Below are positions 32,156 through 42,099 of a stretch of DNA of 64,000 nt, piece by piece. The stretch comes from an uncultured bacterium (GTDB lineage: Bacteria; Eisenbacteria; RBG-16-71-46). The first letter of the stretch is position 1. Every line of letters begins with the position of its first letter. The stretch lies in contig CAZSQX010000006.1 in assembly GCA_964609125.1 (NCBI GenBank), forward strand, positions 13,016-77,015. Reading direction: 5' to 3'. A model generated the notes under the pieces. That model worked only from the letters and a program-made list of their open reading frames with translations, was not told the origin of the DNA and did no database searches. Made by a program: the position numbers and the translations under genes.

Positions 32156-32691
32156 AGTCGTCCCCTCAGCTTCCGCTCCATCGCGGACAGCGCGCGCGAG
32201 TAGCGCTTGCGCGCCGCGTCGTGGGCGATCCCCAGCACCTCGGCCACCTGACGATGGTCGAGTCCCTGGTAGTCGTGCAGAACGATGCTCGTGCGGAGCG
32301 GCTCCGGCAGCTCGAGCAGCGCCGCCTGCACGAGGCGCTCGCGCTCGGCGCCGAGGGCGTCCTGCTCGGGGTCGTTCCGACCGGAACTGAGCGCGGCGGC
32401 GACCGCGGGGTCGTCCACGTCCGCCGCCCGCCGGCTCATCCGGTACGCGCCGGAGCGCCACAGGTCGCGGCAGGCGTTCGTCGTGATGGTGACCAGCCAG
32501 GGTGCCGGGTCCCGTGTCGGGTCCAGCCGGTCGGCCGCGCGATGCACCTTGAGGAACACCTCCGAGGTCGCGTCCTCGGCCCGGGCGCGCTCGCCGAGCA
32601 GCCGCCACGCGAGCCCGTACACGAGCTCGACGTAACGGTCGTAGAAGGCGGCGAGCGCTTCCGGATCCCGCGCGCGCACCCGCTCGAGCAT
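32152..32691 (-). CDS. ECF RNA polymerase sigma factor
   Basis: ALAAFYDRY, AEDATSEVFLKV, WLVTITTNACRD, region 4 LPEPLRTSIVLHDYQGL..VAEVLG; start could be further upstream. Confidence 0.93.
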   Translation of the reverse strand: MLERVRARDPEALAAFYDRYVELVYGLAWRLLGERARAEDATSEVFLKVHRAADRLDPTRDPAPWLVTITTNACRDLWRSGAYRMSRRAADVDDPAVAAALSSGRNDPEQDALGAERERLVQAALLELPEPLRTSIVLHDYQGLDHRQVAEVLGIAHDAARKRYSRALSAMERKLRGRL

Positions 32692-32951
32692 GTCCCGTCC
32701 CGGGGGCGCGCCGCCCGGGCTCGAGGCAGCGGTCCTCGACCCGGATACGGTCGAGGGCCCGGCCTGTGATGCGGAATCTCGGGTCGGCAGCGCTGGCTCC
32801 CGGAGGACCGCCGGGTCCGTTCCCGGCTCGGGGAGCGGCAGTATGCACGGCCCCTCCGGCGCGTGCGAGCCGCGGGGGCGCGCGTCGGGCGAGGCGGCCC
32901 GCGCGGGTGGTCCCGCCCGGGGAGCCGGAGTCGCGGCGCCGCGGGCCCGGC

Positions 32952-34547
32952 TCAGGCGGCGGAGAGGTTCTCCTCGGGGGCACCGCTCGTGGCCGCCGGA
33001 CCGGCCGCCAGGGGCAGCCGGATCCAGAACGTCGAGCCCGCGCCGGGGCGGCTGTTCACGCCCACGTGTCCACCGTGCAGCTCCGTGATGCGCTTGACGA
33101 GGTGGAGCCCGATGCCGAGCCCGCCCCGCGATTCCGCGTCCTCGGGGACGTTCTGGCCGAACAGCTCGAAGATGTGCGTGGCGGTGTCGGGCGCGATCCC
33201 CGGACCGTGGTCCACCACCTCGATGCGGACGAACGTCTCGTCGAGGCGGGCGCGGAGCAGCACCGGCACGTCGCGCGGGCTGAACTTGATCGCGTTCACG
33301 ACCAGGTTCACGAGCACCTGGCGGATCTTCACCTCGTCCAGCGCCAGCATCGGCAGGCCGTCGGCCACCTCGCCCTGCACGGACACGCCGAACTTCTGCG
33401 CCATGCCGCGCGTGGTGTCGATCGCGCCACGGACCAGCTCGGCCAGCTCGATCGGGCGGGGCTTGAGCGCCAGTTTCCCGCTCTCGAGCCGGGACAGGTC
33501 GAGGATGTCCTCGATCAGGCTCAGCAGCCGCTGCGCCTCGGCGCGGAGCCGGCCCACGAACTCCCGGCCCTGCTCCCGCGACAGCCGTCCCTCGTGGTCG
33601 TCGAGCAGCTCGGCGTAGGCGATGACGCTGGTGAGCGGGGTCTTCAGCTCGTGGCTCGCGGTGCCCAGGAAGACGTCCTTGAGCCGGTTCAGGTCGGACA
33701 GCTTCTCGTTGTCGGCCTCGAGCTCGCGCGTGCGGCGGCCCATCCGCTCCAGCACCTCCGCGCGGTCGATGACGGCGGCGATGTGCTCCGCGAACACCCG
33801 CAGCACGTCGAGGTGGTGCTGGCCGAAGGGCTCGGTGTGGTTGATGCGGTTCACGTTCAGCACGCCGACCACGCGCTCTCCGATCGCGAGCGGCAGCGAC
33901 AGCGCCGAGGTGATGCGCCGGTTCTCCTTGTAGTGGCGGCCCAGCTCGGCCGAGGGCGCGCGCTCGCCGAGCGACACCGCCTCGCGCCGGAGCGCCACCC
34001 AGCCCGCGATGCCCTCGCCGATCCGCTTGCGAGCGCCGCGCGAGAACTCGGCCTCGAGGCCGTACGAGGCGCGGGTCACGAGCTCGCCGTTCTCGGGCTC
34101 GAGAATCATGATGCTGGCCTGCTGCGCCTTGAGCGTGCTGACCACGCGCCGCACGATGATCTCGAGGATGACGTCGCTCCGAAGCTGGAGCTGGAGCGTC
34201 GTGCTCACCTGGAACAGAGCGGTCAGCTCGGAGAGCCGGACGCTGGCCGTGGCGCGCTCGCTCTCCTCGCGCGACAGCGCCAGCACCGCGCGGTGCAGCT
34301 CGCGCTGCTGGAGCACCGTGTAGAGACAGAACAGGATGACGAGCCCCGCGAGCGCGACGGTGACGACGTACGGGTTGTCCACGCCGGCCAGCAAGTCCTG
34401 CGGCCCCGCGAACCCGAGCACGCGCGCATAGAGCGCCGGCACGACCGTGGTGAGGGCGAGAAGCAGCGCGAACGCCGCCACCCACAGCATCCAGCCGGCG
34501 CGCTGGAGCTGCTTCCACCGGATCTCGGTCGTGGACGGCGTGCCCAT
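32952..34547 (-). CDS. Membrane GAF-domain sensor histidine kinase
   Basis: Two TM helices, GAF (GEGIAGWVA, GVLNVNR), H-box ASHELKTPL, N-box NLVVNAIKF, G-boxes DHGPGI and GLGIGL. Confidence 0.95.
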   Translation of the reverse strand: MGTPSTTEIRWKQLQRAGWMLWVAAFALLLALTTVVPALYARVLGFAGPQDLLAGVDNPYVVTVALAGLVILFCLYTVLQQRELHRAVLALSREESERATASVRLSELTALFQVSTTLQLQLRSDVILEIIVRRVVSTLKAQQASIMILEPENGELVTRASYGLEAEFSRGARKRIGEGIAGWVALRREAVSLGERAPSAELGRHYKENRRITSALSLPLAIGERVVGVLNVNRINHTEPFGQHHLDVLRVFAEHIAAVIDRAEVLERMGRRTRELEADNEKLSDLNRLKDVFLGTASHELKTPLTSVIAYAELLDDHEGRLSREQGREFVGRLRAEAQRLLSLIEDILDLSRLESGKLALKPRPIELAELVRGAIDTTRGMAQKFGVSVQGEVADGLPMLALDEVKIRQVLVNLVVNAIKFSPRDVPVLLRARLDETFVRIEVVDHGPGIAPDTATHIFELFGQNVPEDAESRGGLGIGLHLVKRITELHGGHVGVNSRPGAGSTFWIRLPLAAGPAATSGAPEENLSAA

Positions 34548-34733
34548 CCCTGGTCCTCGGAGGTTTCCGGCGGCGGGGGTCTTCACCCCGGGGTCATCGG
34601 CAGGCCGGGGTCCGCGATTGAGCGCTTTCCCCGGGCCCGGCGCCCGGCCAGGGCCGGGCCCGCCCCCCGCCGCCGCCACGGTTCCGACGCCTCCGGCTCA
34701 CGGTCCACGGAGGGTCCGGGCTAGATTGGACGG

Positions 34734-36806
34734 ATGCTGCCGGCCACCGTCCGGCGGGCGTGGGCGCCCGCGCTGGTCCTGGCCGCCGCGCTCGCGGCGC
34801 TGTACGCCGGCGCGCTCGGCGCCGGGTTCGTGAACGACGACTACGTGTTTCTCGAACAGGTGCGCCGGCACGGGCTGCCCGGCGCGCTGGCCGAGCCGGG
34901 CGGAGTCGGGAACCACTTCCGGCCGCTGTCGCGCGAGCTGTGGTTCGCGCTGCTCGGGCCGTTCTCGGGCGGCGAACCGCTCGTGTTCCACCTCGCCTCG
35001 TTCGTGGTGTTCCTCGCTGCGCTCGCGCTGCTCGCCGACCTCCTGCGCGCGATGCTCCCGGCGCGCGGCCCGGGGCCGTCCGTGCCGGTCCTGGCCGGCG
35101 TGCTCTGGTTCGCGCTGCTGCCGTTCCAGCGCGTGAACCTGGCGTGGTCCTCGTGCAGCCAGGACCTGCTCGCGCTCGCCGGCTCGCTCGGCGCGCTCGC
35201 GCTCTACCGGCGCGGGCGCCTGCGCGCGGCGTGGCTCGCGTACGCGGCCGCCTCGCTCGCCAAGCAGTCGGCGCTGCCGCTCCCGCTCCTCCTGTTCGCC
35301 TGGAGCCGCGGCGTGGAGGGCGTGCCGGCGCGGCGGGCGCTCGCGCGCGTGCTTCCGTTCGCGCTGGCCGCGCTGCCGTGGCTCGCCGGCGAGTGGGCGC
35401 TCCGCCAGGGCTCGCCGGCGGCGACGCGGCTCGTATTCGACGGGTCGCACCTCGCCGCCGCGGCGGTCCACCTTGTGCAGGCGCTCGCGGGCGTCGAGCA
35501 CGCCGCCGGCTGGCTGCGATCGTGGGCGGACGCGCGCCCCTCGCTGCCCGCGTTCGCACTGCTCGCCCTCGTGGCCGCTTGGCTTCCCGCCAGGGCGCAG
35601 GCCGATGTCGCCGCGGCGGCCGGGGACGTGCCCGGCGCGCGCCGCCCGCCCGCGCGCGTCGCGGCCGGGTTCGCGCTCCTCTGGTGCGTCGCGTTCGCGC
35701 TGCCGGCATGGCCGGTGGCGTGGATGTGGAGCGGGTACCACTTCACGCTCGCGGCCGCGGGCGGCGCCGTCCTCGTCGGGCTCGCCACGGCTCGGCTCGC
35801 GCGCGGGGGCTGGCTCGTCCTCGCGGGCGCGCTCCTGTGGTGGCACGCCGCCGGCATCTCGCCGCGCGCGTTCGCGCTGCGCGAGGACCCGTGGGCCGGC
35901 ACGTCGCACGTCACCTCGTTCTACCTGGAGCGCGCCTCGGCGCTCTCGCGCGACCTTCGCGCCTCGCTCCGGCGCACGCTGCCGCGTCCGGAGCCCGGAA
36001 CCCGGCTCTTCTTCGCCAACCTGCCGCCCTGGGCCGGGTTCCAGATGGGCAACGGCCCGTCGGTCCGCCACCTCTACCGCGACGACTCGCTCGAGTCCCA
36101 CTTCTACTCCGCCTACGCCGAGAGCACGGCGGCCCGGCACCCGGCCGAGTTCCTGTTCTGGGACGGAGCGGGGTTCGAGCGCCTGTACGCGAACGCGCGC
36201 GACCCGCTGTTCCAGGTGGGCGGCGACCTGCTGCTGCTCGACCGGCCCGGGGGCGCGGCATGGGCGTTCCGCCGCGGGCTCGAGCTGGGCGGGGACCGCT
36301 CCGACCACTGGTACTGGCTCGGGTGGGCGTCGTTGTGGAGCGGCCGGCGCGCGGTCGCGGAGCGGGCGTGGCGCGAGTGGGGCGCGCGCGACGACAGCGC
36401 GGCGCGGATCCTGTGGCTGCGGAAGGCCAAGGGCTCGCTCGAGGCCGGCGACACGCTGCGGGCGCGTCGCGAGCTGGTCGAGGCGGTGCGGAGCGGGATC
36501 GGGCACCCCGAGTCGCACGCGATGCTCGGGCTCCTGCTCCAGCGCGTGAACGCCAAATACGCGATGCTCGAGACGAAGGTCGCGGCCGAGCTCAAGCCGG
36601 GCGACTGGCTGGCCCGCCGCGACCTGACCGAGGGGCTGGTCGCGGCGCGCCTCGACGAGCCGGCGGCCGCGCACCTGGCGAGGTTCCAGGCGCTCGTGCC
36701 CGGCTGGCGGGCGGACCCGGTCGCGGCGAGGCTCGATTCGGTGCTCCGGTCGCGGCGGCCGTCGCCGGGCGGGATCGCGGAGTTCCACACGGGAGGCGGG
36801 AGATGA
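34734..36806 (+). CDS. Multi-TM GT-C-fold glycosyltransferase-like protein with C-terminal TPR-like region
   Basis: FVNDDYVFL acidic motif after first TM, about 11 hydrophobic segments, helical TPR-like C-terminus. Confidence 0.6.
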   Translation: MLPATVRRAWAPALVLAAALAALYAGALGAGFVNDDYVFLEQVRRHGLPGALAEPGGVGNHFRPLSRELWFALLGPFSGGEPLVFHLASFVVFLAALALLADLLRAMLPARGPGPSVPVLAGVLWFALLPFQRVNLAWSSCSQDLLALAGSLGALALYRRGRLRAAWLAYAAASLAKQSALPLPLLLFAWSRGVEGVPARRALARVLPFALAALPWLAGEWALRQGSPAATRLVFDGSHLAAAAVHLVQALAGVEHAAGWLRSWADARPSLPAFALLALVAAWLPARAQADVAAAAGDVPGARRPPARVAAGFALLWCVAFALPAWPVAWMWSGYHFTLAAAGGAVLVGLATARLARGGWLVLAGALLWWHAAGISPRAFALREDPWAGTSHVTSFYLERASALSRDLRASLRRTLPRPEPGTRLFFANLPPWAGFQMGNGPSVRHLYRDDSLESHFYSAYAESTAARHPAEFLFWDGAGFERLYANARDPLFQVGGDLLLLDRPGGAAWAFRRGLELGGDRSDHWYWLGWASLWSGRRAVAERAWREWGARDDSAARILWLRKAKGSLEAGDTLRARRELVEAVRSGIGHPESHAMLGLLLQRVNAKYAMLETKVAAELKPGDWLARRDLTEGLVAARLDEPAAAHLARFQALVPGWRADPVAARLDSVLRSRRPSPGGIAEFHTGGGR

Positions 36807-37801
36807 CGCACGGTCGGGTCGAGGTGAAGCGGTTCGAGAGCGACGTGCTGCGCGGGAATCCCGCCGGCGATCCGCACGTTCGCCGCGTGCCGGTGTACCT
36901 GCCGCCCTCGTACGACGCCTCGCCCGGGCGGCGCTACCCGGTGGTGTTCGTGCTCACCGGTTTCAGCGGGCGCGGCCGCATGCTGCTGAACGACAACCCC
37001 TGGAGCCCGTCGCTCGACGACCGCATGGACGCGCTGGTCGCGGGCGGCTCCCCCGAGACGATCCTGGTGATGCCCGACTGCTTCACGCGCTACGGCGGCT
37101 CGCAGTACATGGACTCGGCGGCCACCGGCCGCTACGAGACGCACGTGGTCGAGGAGCTGGTGCCGTGGGTGGACCGCACCTACCGCACGCTCGCCGCGCG
37201 CGGGCATCGCGGAGTCGCGGGGAAGTCCTCGGGCGGCTACGGCGCACTGCACCTCGGGTTCCGTCACCCGGACGTCTTCGGCGCGCTCGCCTGCCACAGC
37301 GGCGACATGCTGTTCGAGTACTGCTACCAGGTGGACTTCCCGAAGGCCTGCTCCGTGCTCCAGGAGGCCGGCGGCGTCGCCCGGTTCCTCGAGCGGTTCG
37401 AGGCGAAGCCGCAAAAGGGCAAGGACGACATGCTCGCGCTCAACATCGTGGGCATGGCCGCGAATTACTCGCCCGAGCCCGGAGCCGAGCTGGCAATCGG
37501 GCTGCCGTTCGATCTTGCCACCGGGCTGCCGCGGCCCGGCGTGTGGGAGCGCTGGCTCGCGTTCGACCCGCTCCGCCGGCTCGCGACCGAGGCCGAATCG
37601 CTGCGCGGCATGCGGCTCGTGTGGCTCGATTGCGGCACGCGCGACGAGTTCCACCTGCATCACGGGGCGCGCGCGTTCGCGCGCGAGCTGCAGCGGCTCG
37701 GCATCGCGCACGTGTTCGAGGAGTTCGACGACGGCCACATGAACATCCCGTACCGCTACGACCGCAGTCTGCCGGCGCTGGCCCGCGCGCTCGCCCCGTG
37801 A
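36803..37801 (+). CDS. Alpha/beta hydrolase (Fes/esterase family)
   Basis: VYLPPSY, RYPVVFVLTG, nucleophile elbow GKSSGG, DCGTRDEF, FDDGH. Confidence 0.9.
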   Translation: MTHGRVEVKRFESDVLRGNPAGDPHVRRVPVYLPPSYDASPGRRYPVVFVLTGFSGRGRMLLNDNPWSPSLDDRMDALVAGGSPETILVMPDCFTRYGGSQYMDSAATGRYETHVVEELVPWVDRTYRTLAARGHRGVAGKSSGGYGALHLGFRHPDVFGALACHSGDMLFEYCYQVDFPKACSVLQEAGGVARFLERFEAKPQKGKDDMLALNIVGMAANYSPEPGAELAIGLPFDLATGLPRPGVWERWLAFDPLRRLATEAESLRGMRLVWLDCGTRDEFHLHHGARAFARELQRLGIAHVFEEFDDGHMNIPYRYDRSLPALARALAP

Positions 37802-38559
37802 CCGAACCCGCAGCGCCGCTGGCGGTGGAGGGGCTCGTCCGCCGCTTCGGCCGGCTCGAGGCGGTCGCGGGCGTGTCGCTGCGCGTCGAGCCGGGGCGGA
37901 TCGTCGGCTTCCTCGGTGCGAACGGCGCCGGCAAGACCACGACGCTCCGCTGCGTCGCCGGGCTCCTCGAGCCGGACGCGGGCCGGATCGTGGTCGCCGG
38001 GGCCGACCTCGCGCGCGAGCCGCGCTCGGCCCGGGCCCGGCTCGGCTTCGTGCCCGACCAGCCGCGGCTGCACGACCGGCTCACCGCGCGCGAGTTCCTC
38101 GCGTTCGTGGCCGCGATCTACGACCTGCCCGCCGACGCGGCCGAGCGCCGGGCGGAGGCGCTGCTCGAGCGGCTCGAACTCGCGCGCGAGGCGCATCGCA
38201 CGCTCGAGGGCTACTCGCTCGGCATGCGCCAGAAGACCGCCGTGATCGCGGCGATGCTGCATTCGCCGCCGCTCCTTCTCCTCGACGAGCCGCTCGGCGG
38301 CCTCGACCCGGTGGCGACGCGCACGCTCAAGGACCTGCTGCGCGAGCACGCCGCGGCCGGCGGCGGCGTGCTCGTGAGCACGCACCTTCTCGACGTGGCG
38401 GAGCGCCTGTGCGACGACGTGGTCATCCTCCGCGCCGGCCGCGTGGTGGCGCGCGGCACGCTGGACGAGCTGCGCGCCGGAACCGGCGCGCGCACGCTCG
38501 AGGACGTGTTCCTGGAGCTGGGGCGCGGGACACGCGGCGAGGGGGCGGGGCCGCGGTGA
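37798..38559 (+). CDS. ABC transporter ATP-binding protein
   Basis: GANGAGKTT, YSLGMRQK, LLLDEP, STH; GTGA overlap. Confidence 0.95.
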   Translation: MTEPAAPLAVEGLVRRFGRLEAVAGVSLRVEPGRIVGFLGANGAGKTTTLRCVAGLLEPDAGRIVVAGADLAREPRSARARLGFVPDQPRLHDRLTAREFLAFVAAIYDLPADAAERRAEALLERLELAREAHRTLEGYSLGMRQKTAVIAAMLHSPPLLLLDEPLGGLDPVATRTLKDLLREHAAAGGGVLVSTHLLDVAERLCDDVVILRAGRVVARGTLDELRAGTGARTLEDVFLELGRGTRGEGAGPR

Positions 38560-40142
38560 ACGTGGGCGTGCTGGCACGCACCGCGTGGACGCTCGCGCGG
38601 CGGTCGGTGTGGCACGCGGGCCGACCCCGGGGCGGTGCGGCGCTCGCAGGGCTCACGCTCGTGTTCGCGGCCGCCGGCACGCTGGTGTTCCTGGCGCTCT
38701 TCGGCGCGGCGGCGGAGGCGGGCGTGCCGCGCGCGGCGGCGGAGGCCCTGCTCGCCTGGGCGTTCACGGTCGCGATGCTGATGCTCGTGCTGGGCGACCT
38801 GCACGTGGTCGTGGCCGCGGCGACCACCGACCCGGACCTCGACCGGCTCCGCGCGGCGCCGCTCACCGGCGCACAGATACTCGCGTGGAAGCTCGTGACC
38901 ACGTTGCCGCGCACGACGCCCCCGGCGCTGGCCGTCGCGCTGCCGGCCACGCTCGCGTTCGCGCTCGCCTGGGGCGGGGTCCCGCCGGCCGGGGCAGCGC
39001 TCGCGCTGCTGCTGGCCTGGGCGATCCCGCTGGCGCTCGGCACGCTGCTCGCGCTGCCGCTGCTGGCGCTCGTGCCGGGTGCGCGGCTCCGCGAGTGGCT
39101 CGCGCTCCTCGCCACGCTCGCGTTCGTGGCCGGCTGGCTCGCGAACGCGTTCTGGCTCCCGCGCGTCTCGCTCGGCGCGCCCGGCGGGGACGGCCGTGTC
39201 GCGGACGCGCTCGCGGCGATCCCCCCGCCGCCCGCGTGGTGGCCCGCGACCTGGGCGGCGCGGGCGGTGGCCGGCGCGCCGGCCAGGGCCGCGGAGGCGA
39301 CGGTCGCGTGCGGTCTCGCGCTCCTCGCCGCCGCGGCGGTGAGCGCGTGGATGGCGACGCGGCTCCTCGGCGTCGTCCAGGCGCGTGCCGCCGGCCCGCC
39401 CGCGCGCACGTCGGGCGCGCGCGCGCGGCCCGCGCCGACGCTCGCCACGGCCTTCCTCCGGCGCGACGCCGCGCTCGCCTCGCGCGACTGGCCGGTGGCG
39501 CTCGACGCGCTCGCGGGCCTCGCGCTGTGGATGCTGCTGCCGCTCGCGATCCTGCCGCTCGCGCCGCTCCCGCCGCTCGTCCTCGCGCGCGCCATGCTCA
39601 TCGCGCTCTCGGTGAGCCTGGGCCACGACCTCGCCGCGCGCGCGCTCCCGCTCGAGCGCGACGGCCTCCACTGGGCGCGCGTCTCGCCCGTCGGGGCCGC
39701 GCGCTGGGTGCGCCTGCGCGCGCTCGGCGTGGGGCTCGCGGGTGCGGCGGTCGTGGCGGTGGCGCTCGCCGGGGTGGGGCTCGCTCTCCGGCTGGAGCCG
39801 GCGGCCTGGCTGGACGCGGCGGTGTTCGGCTCCGCCGCCGCCGCCACCGCCATGGCCACCGGCCTGGCGCTGGGGGCGCGCCACGGCGACCCCGCCTGGA
39901 CCGACCCGCGCGCGATGCTGGGCGCGGGCGGCCGCGCGCTGAGCGCCGTGGCGATGCTCGCGCAGTCGGCGGTCTGGCTCGCCCTCGCGCACCGCGTCCC
40001 CGCCTCGGGCGTCTCGCCCGGCGCGGCGGTGACCCTCCTCGCGGCCGCCGGCGTCTTCTCCGCCGCGATGCTCGCGCTCGCGGCCGGCGTCGTCGAGCGC
40101 CGCGAGCCCGCGCCGCGCGGCGACGGGGGCGCCGCGGTTTGA
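38556..40142 (+). CDS. ABC-2-type exporter permease (two-repeat membrane protein)
   Basis: About 12 hydrophobic segments, DLDRLRAAPL and LERDGLHWARVSPV repeats; coupled to ATPase. Confidence 0.75.
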   Translation: MNVGVLARTAWTLARRSVWHAGRPRGGAALAGLTLVFAAAGTLVFLALFGAAAEAGVPRAAAEALLAWAFTVAMLMLVLGDLHVVVAAATTDPDLDRLRAAPLTGAQILAWKLVTTLPRTTPPALAVALPATLAFALAWGGVPPAGAALALLLAWAIPLALGTLLALPLLALVPGARLREWLALLATLAFVAGWLANAFWLPRVSLGAPGGDGRVADALAAIPPPPAWWPATWAARAVAGAPARAAEATVACGLALLAAAAVSAWMATRLLGVVQARAAGPPARTSGARARPAPTLATAFLRRDAALASRDWPVALDALAGLALWMLLPLAILPLAPLPPLVLARAMLIALSVSLGHDLAARALPLERDGLHWARVSPVGAARWVRLRALGVGLAGAAVVAVALAGVGLALRLEPAAWLDAAVFGSAAAATAMATGLALGARHGDPAWTDPRAMLGAGGRALSAVAMLAQSAVWLALAHRVPASGVSPGAAVTLLAAAGVFSAAMLALAAGVVERREPAPRGDGGAAV

Positions 40143-40174
40143 CCGGCGTCCCGGCGCCGGCGCAGGCTCGCCTC

Positions 40175-40582
40175 ATGGCAGCTCCCGTGCGCGTCGTGCT
40201 GGCCGTGGTCCCCGACCTGTTCTTCGCCACGCGCATCGCGGCCACCGCGAAGGCCGCCGGCGTCACGCTCGAGCTCGTGGCCGCCGCGCGCGTCGTGGAC
40301 CGCCTGGGCGGCGGCGCGGCGGCGCTCGTGATCCTCGACCTGCACGCGCCGGGCGCGCTCGAGCGCGTCGCCGACTGCAAGCGGGCCGCGCCCGCGACGC
40401 CGGTGCTGGGCTTCGTCTCGCACGTCGAGACCGCGCTCCGCCGCGACGCGCTCGCCGCCGGCGCCGACGCGGTGCTGCCGCGCTCGGCGTTCACGACGAA
40501 GCTGCCCGCGATCCTCGCCCACGGCCTGCGCGCGCTCGAGCCCGGGCCCGGCGGCGCCCCGCGCGCGGGGTCGCCCGAGTGA
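40175..40582 (+). CDS. Small receiver-domain-like protein
   Basis: DLFFATRI, LVILDL, VLGFVSHV, AGADAVLPRS; canonical Lys replaced by Arg. Confidence 0.7.
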   Translation: MAAPVRVVLAVVPDLFFATRIAATAKAAGVTLELVAAARVVDRLGGGAAALVILDLHAPGALERVADCKRAAPATPVLGFVSHVETALRRDALAAGADAVLPRSAFTTKLPAILAHGLRALEPGPGGAPRAGSPE

Positions 40583-41022
40583 CCGGCGAGCTCGTCCAGG
40601 ACGAGGACGCGCTCGTCGCCATCGCGCGCGACATGCGGACCGTGGCGGTCCTCGGCATCAAGGACGCGAGCGACACCGAGGCGTCCGCGTACACCATCCC
40701 GGAGCTGCTCGCGGCGACCGGCGTGCGGGTGATCGGCGTGAACCCGAAGCTCCGCGAGGCGTTCGGCGAGCCCGTGCTCGCCTCGCTCGCGGAGCTGCCG
40801 GCCGGCGTGGACGTGCTCGACGTGTTCCGTCGCTCCGAAGCCATCCCGGCCCACGCCGAGGAGTTGCTCGCGCTGCCCGCCGAGCGCCGGCCGCGCGCGG
40901 TCTGGCTCCAGACCGGCATCCATCACGATGCCGCCGCCGCTCGCCTGGTCTCGGCCGGCTACCGCGTGGTGCAGGACCGCTGCCTGGGGGCCTACCGGCG
41001 GCGCGCGCAGCGCGCGCGCTGA
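40579..41022 (+). CDS. CoA-binding domain protein (YccU-like)
   Basis: TVAVLG, VIGVNPK, VDVLDVFRRSE, VWLQTGI, VVQDRC. Confidence 0.9.
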   Translation: MTGELVQDEDALVAIARDMRTVAVLGIKDASDTEASAYTIPELLAATGVRVIGVNPKLREAFGEPVLASLAELPAGVDVLDVFRRSEAIPAHAEELLALPAERRPRAVWLQTGIHHDAAAARLVSAGYRVVQDRCLGAYRRRAQRAR

Positions 41023-41044
41023 CCGCCGCGGCCGGCGCCGGGGC

Positions 41045-41746
41045 TCAGCGCGCGGTGTCGGAGGGCCGGCGCATCGGAACGAAGCGCACCGGCAGCAGCT
41101 CGCGCGTCCGCAGCGTGCCGTCCGCGGCCTTCTCGACCAGCACCAGCTCCTGGCCGGCCCGCTCGCCGCCGACCGGCGCCACCAGCCGGCCGCCGGGCGC
41201 CAGCTGCTCGAGCAGCGTCCCGGGCAGCGTCTCGGGCGCGGCCGTCACCACCACCGCGTCGAACGGCGCCGCCTCGGGCCAGCCGAGGTAGCCGTCGCCG
41301 TGGCGCACCTGCACGGAGTCGTAGCCCAGGCGCGCGAGGGTCGCGCGCGCGCGTCCGGCCAGCTCCGCCAGGATCTCGATCGAGTAAACGCGGCAGCCGG
41401 CCTCGGCGAGCACCGCCGCCTGGTAGCCCGAGCCGGTGCCGATCTCCAGCACGCGCAGGCCGGGACGCGGGCGGATCGCCTGCGTCATGGTGGCCACGAT
41501 GTACGGCTGCGAGATGGTCTGCTCGCGGCCGATCGGGAGCGGCGCGTTCTCGTAGGCGTACCGGCGCAGGTCCTCGGGCACGAACTCGTGGCGCGGCACC
41601 GCGCGCAGCGCGGCGAGCGTCGCCGGGTCGGAGATGCCCTGCGCGGCGAGCGCGTCCACCAGCTCCCGGCGGCGCATCTCGTAGGGGTCGCGCTCGGAGG
41701 ACACCGCGCACGAGAGGAGCGTCAGCGCGCCGATCGCGGTCCACAT
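41045..41746 (-). CDS. pcm: Protein-L-isoaspartate O-methyltransferase with lipoprotein-like N-terminus
   Basis: VPRHEFVP, AYENAPLPIG..QTISQPY, VLEIGTGSGYQAA, GDGYLGWPEAAPFD; N-terminus MWTAIGALTLLSC. Confidence 0.95.
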   Translation of the reverse strand: MWTAIGALTLLSCAVSSERDPYEMRRRELVDALAAQGISDPATLAALRAVPRHEFVPEDLRRYAYENAPLPIGREQTISQPYIVATMTQAIRPRPGLRVLEIGTGSGYQAAVLAEAGCRVYSIEILAELAGRARATLARLGYDSVQVRHGDGYLGWPEAAPFDAVVVTAAPETLPGTLLEQLAPGGRLVAPVGGERAGQELVLVEKAADGTLRTRELLPVRFVPMRRPSDTAR

Positions 41747-41928
41747 GCGCCACATGCTAGATGGCCTGCACGGATTCCGCATCACCGCCGGCCCGACCCG
41801 GCTCACGTGGTGCCGAATCGACGAAAGCCATCCTGCACCCTCCGGCTCCGGCACGGCCGGCGCTCGCACCGTGCCGGGGCGGGGCCTATACTGCTCCGTC
41901 CGTCCCACCCGCGAGGTCCCGAGTCCCC

Positions 41929-42099
41929 ATGAGCGAGTCCGCCAAGACCGATCCGGCGCGCCCCGTGCGCGAGTACCTCTCCTGCCCCGGCTGCGGCCGG
42001 CACGACTGGGTGTCCTGGCCGCCCGGCCAGGAGACGTACCACTGGAAGTGCTTCAACTGCGAGAAGGAGTTCGACCTCCGGCGGGGCGGCCGGCACTGA
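41929..42099 (+). CDS. Small zinc-ribbon protein, 56 aa
   Basis: CPGC...CFNC; TATACT -10-like hexamer at 41887-41892; stop overlaps next ATG (TGATG). Confidence 0.7.
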   Translation: MSESAKTDPARPVREYLSCPGCGRHDWVSWPPGQETYHWKCFNCEKEFDLRRGGRH

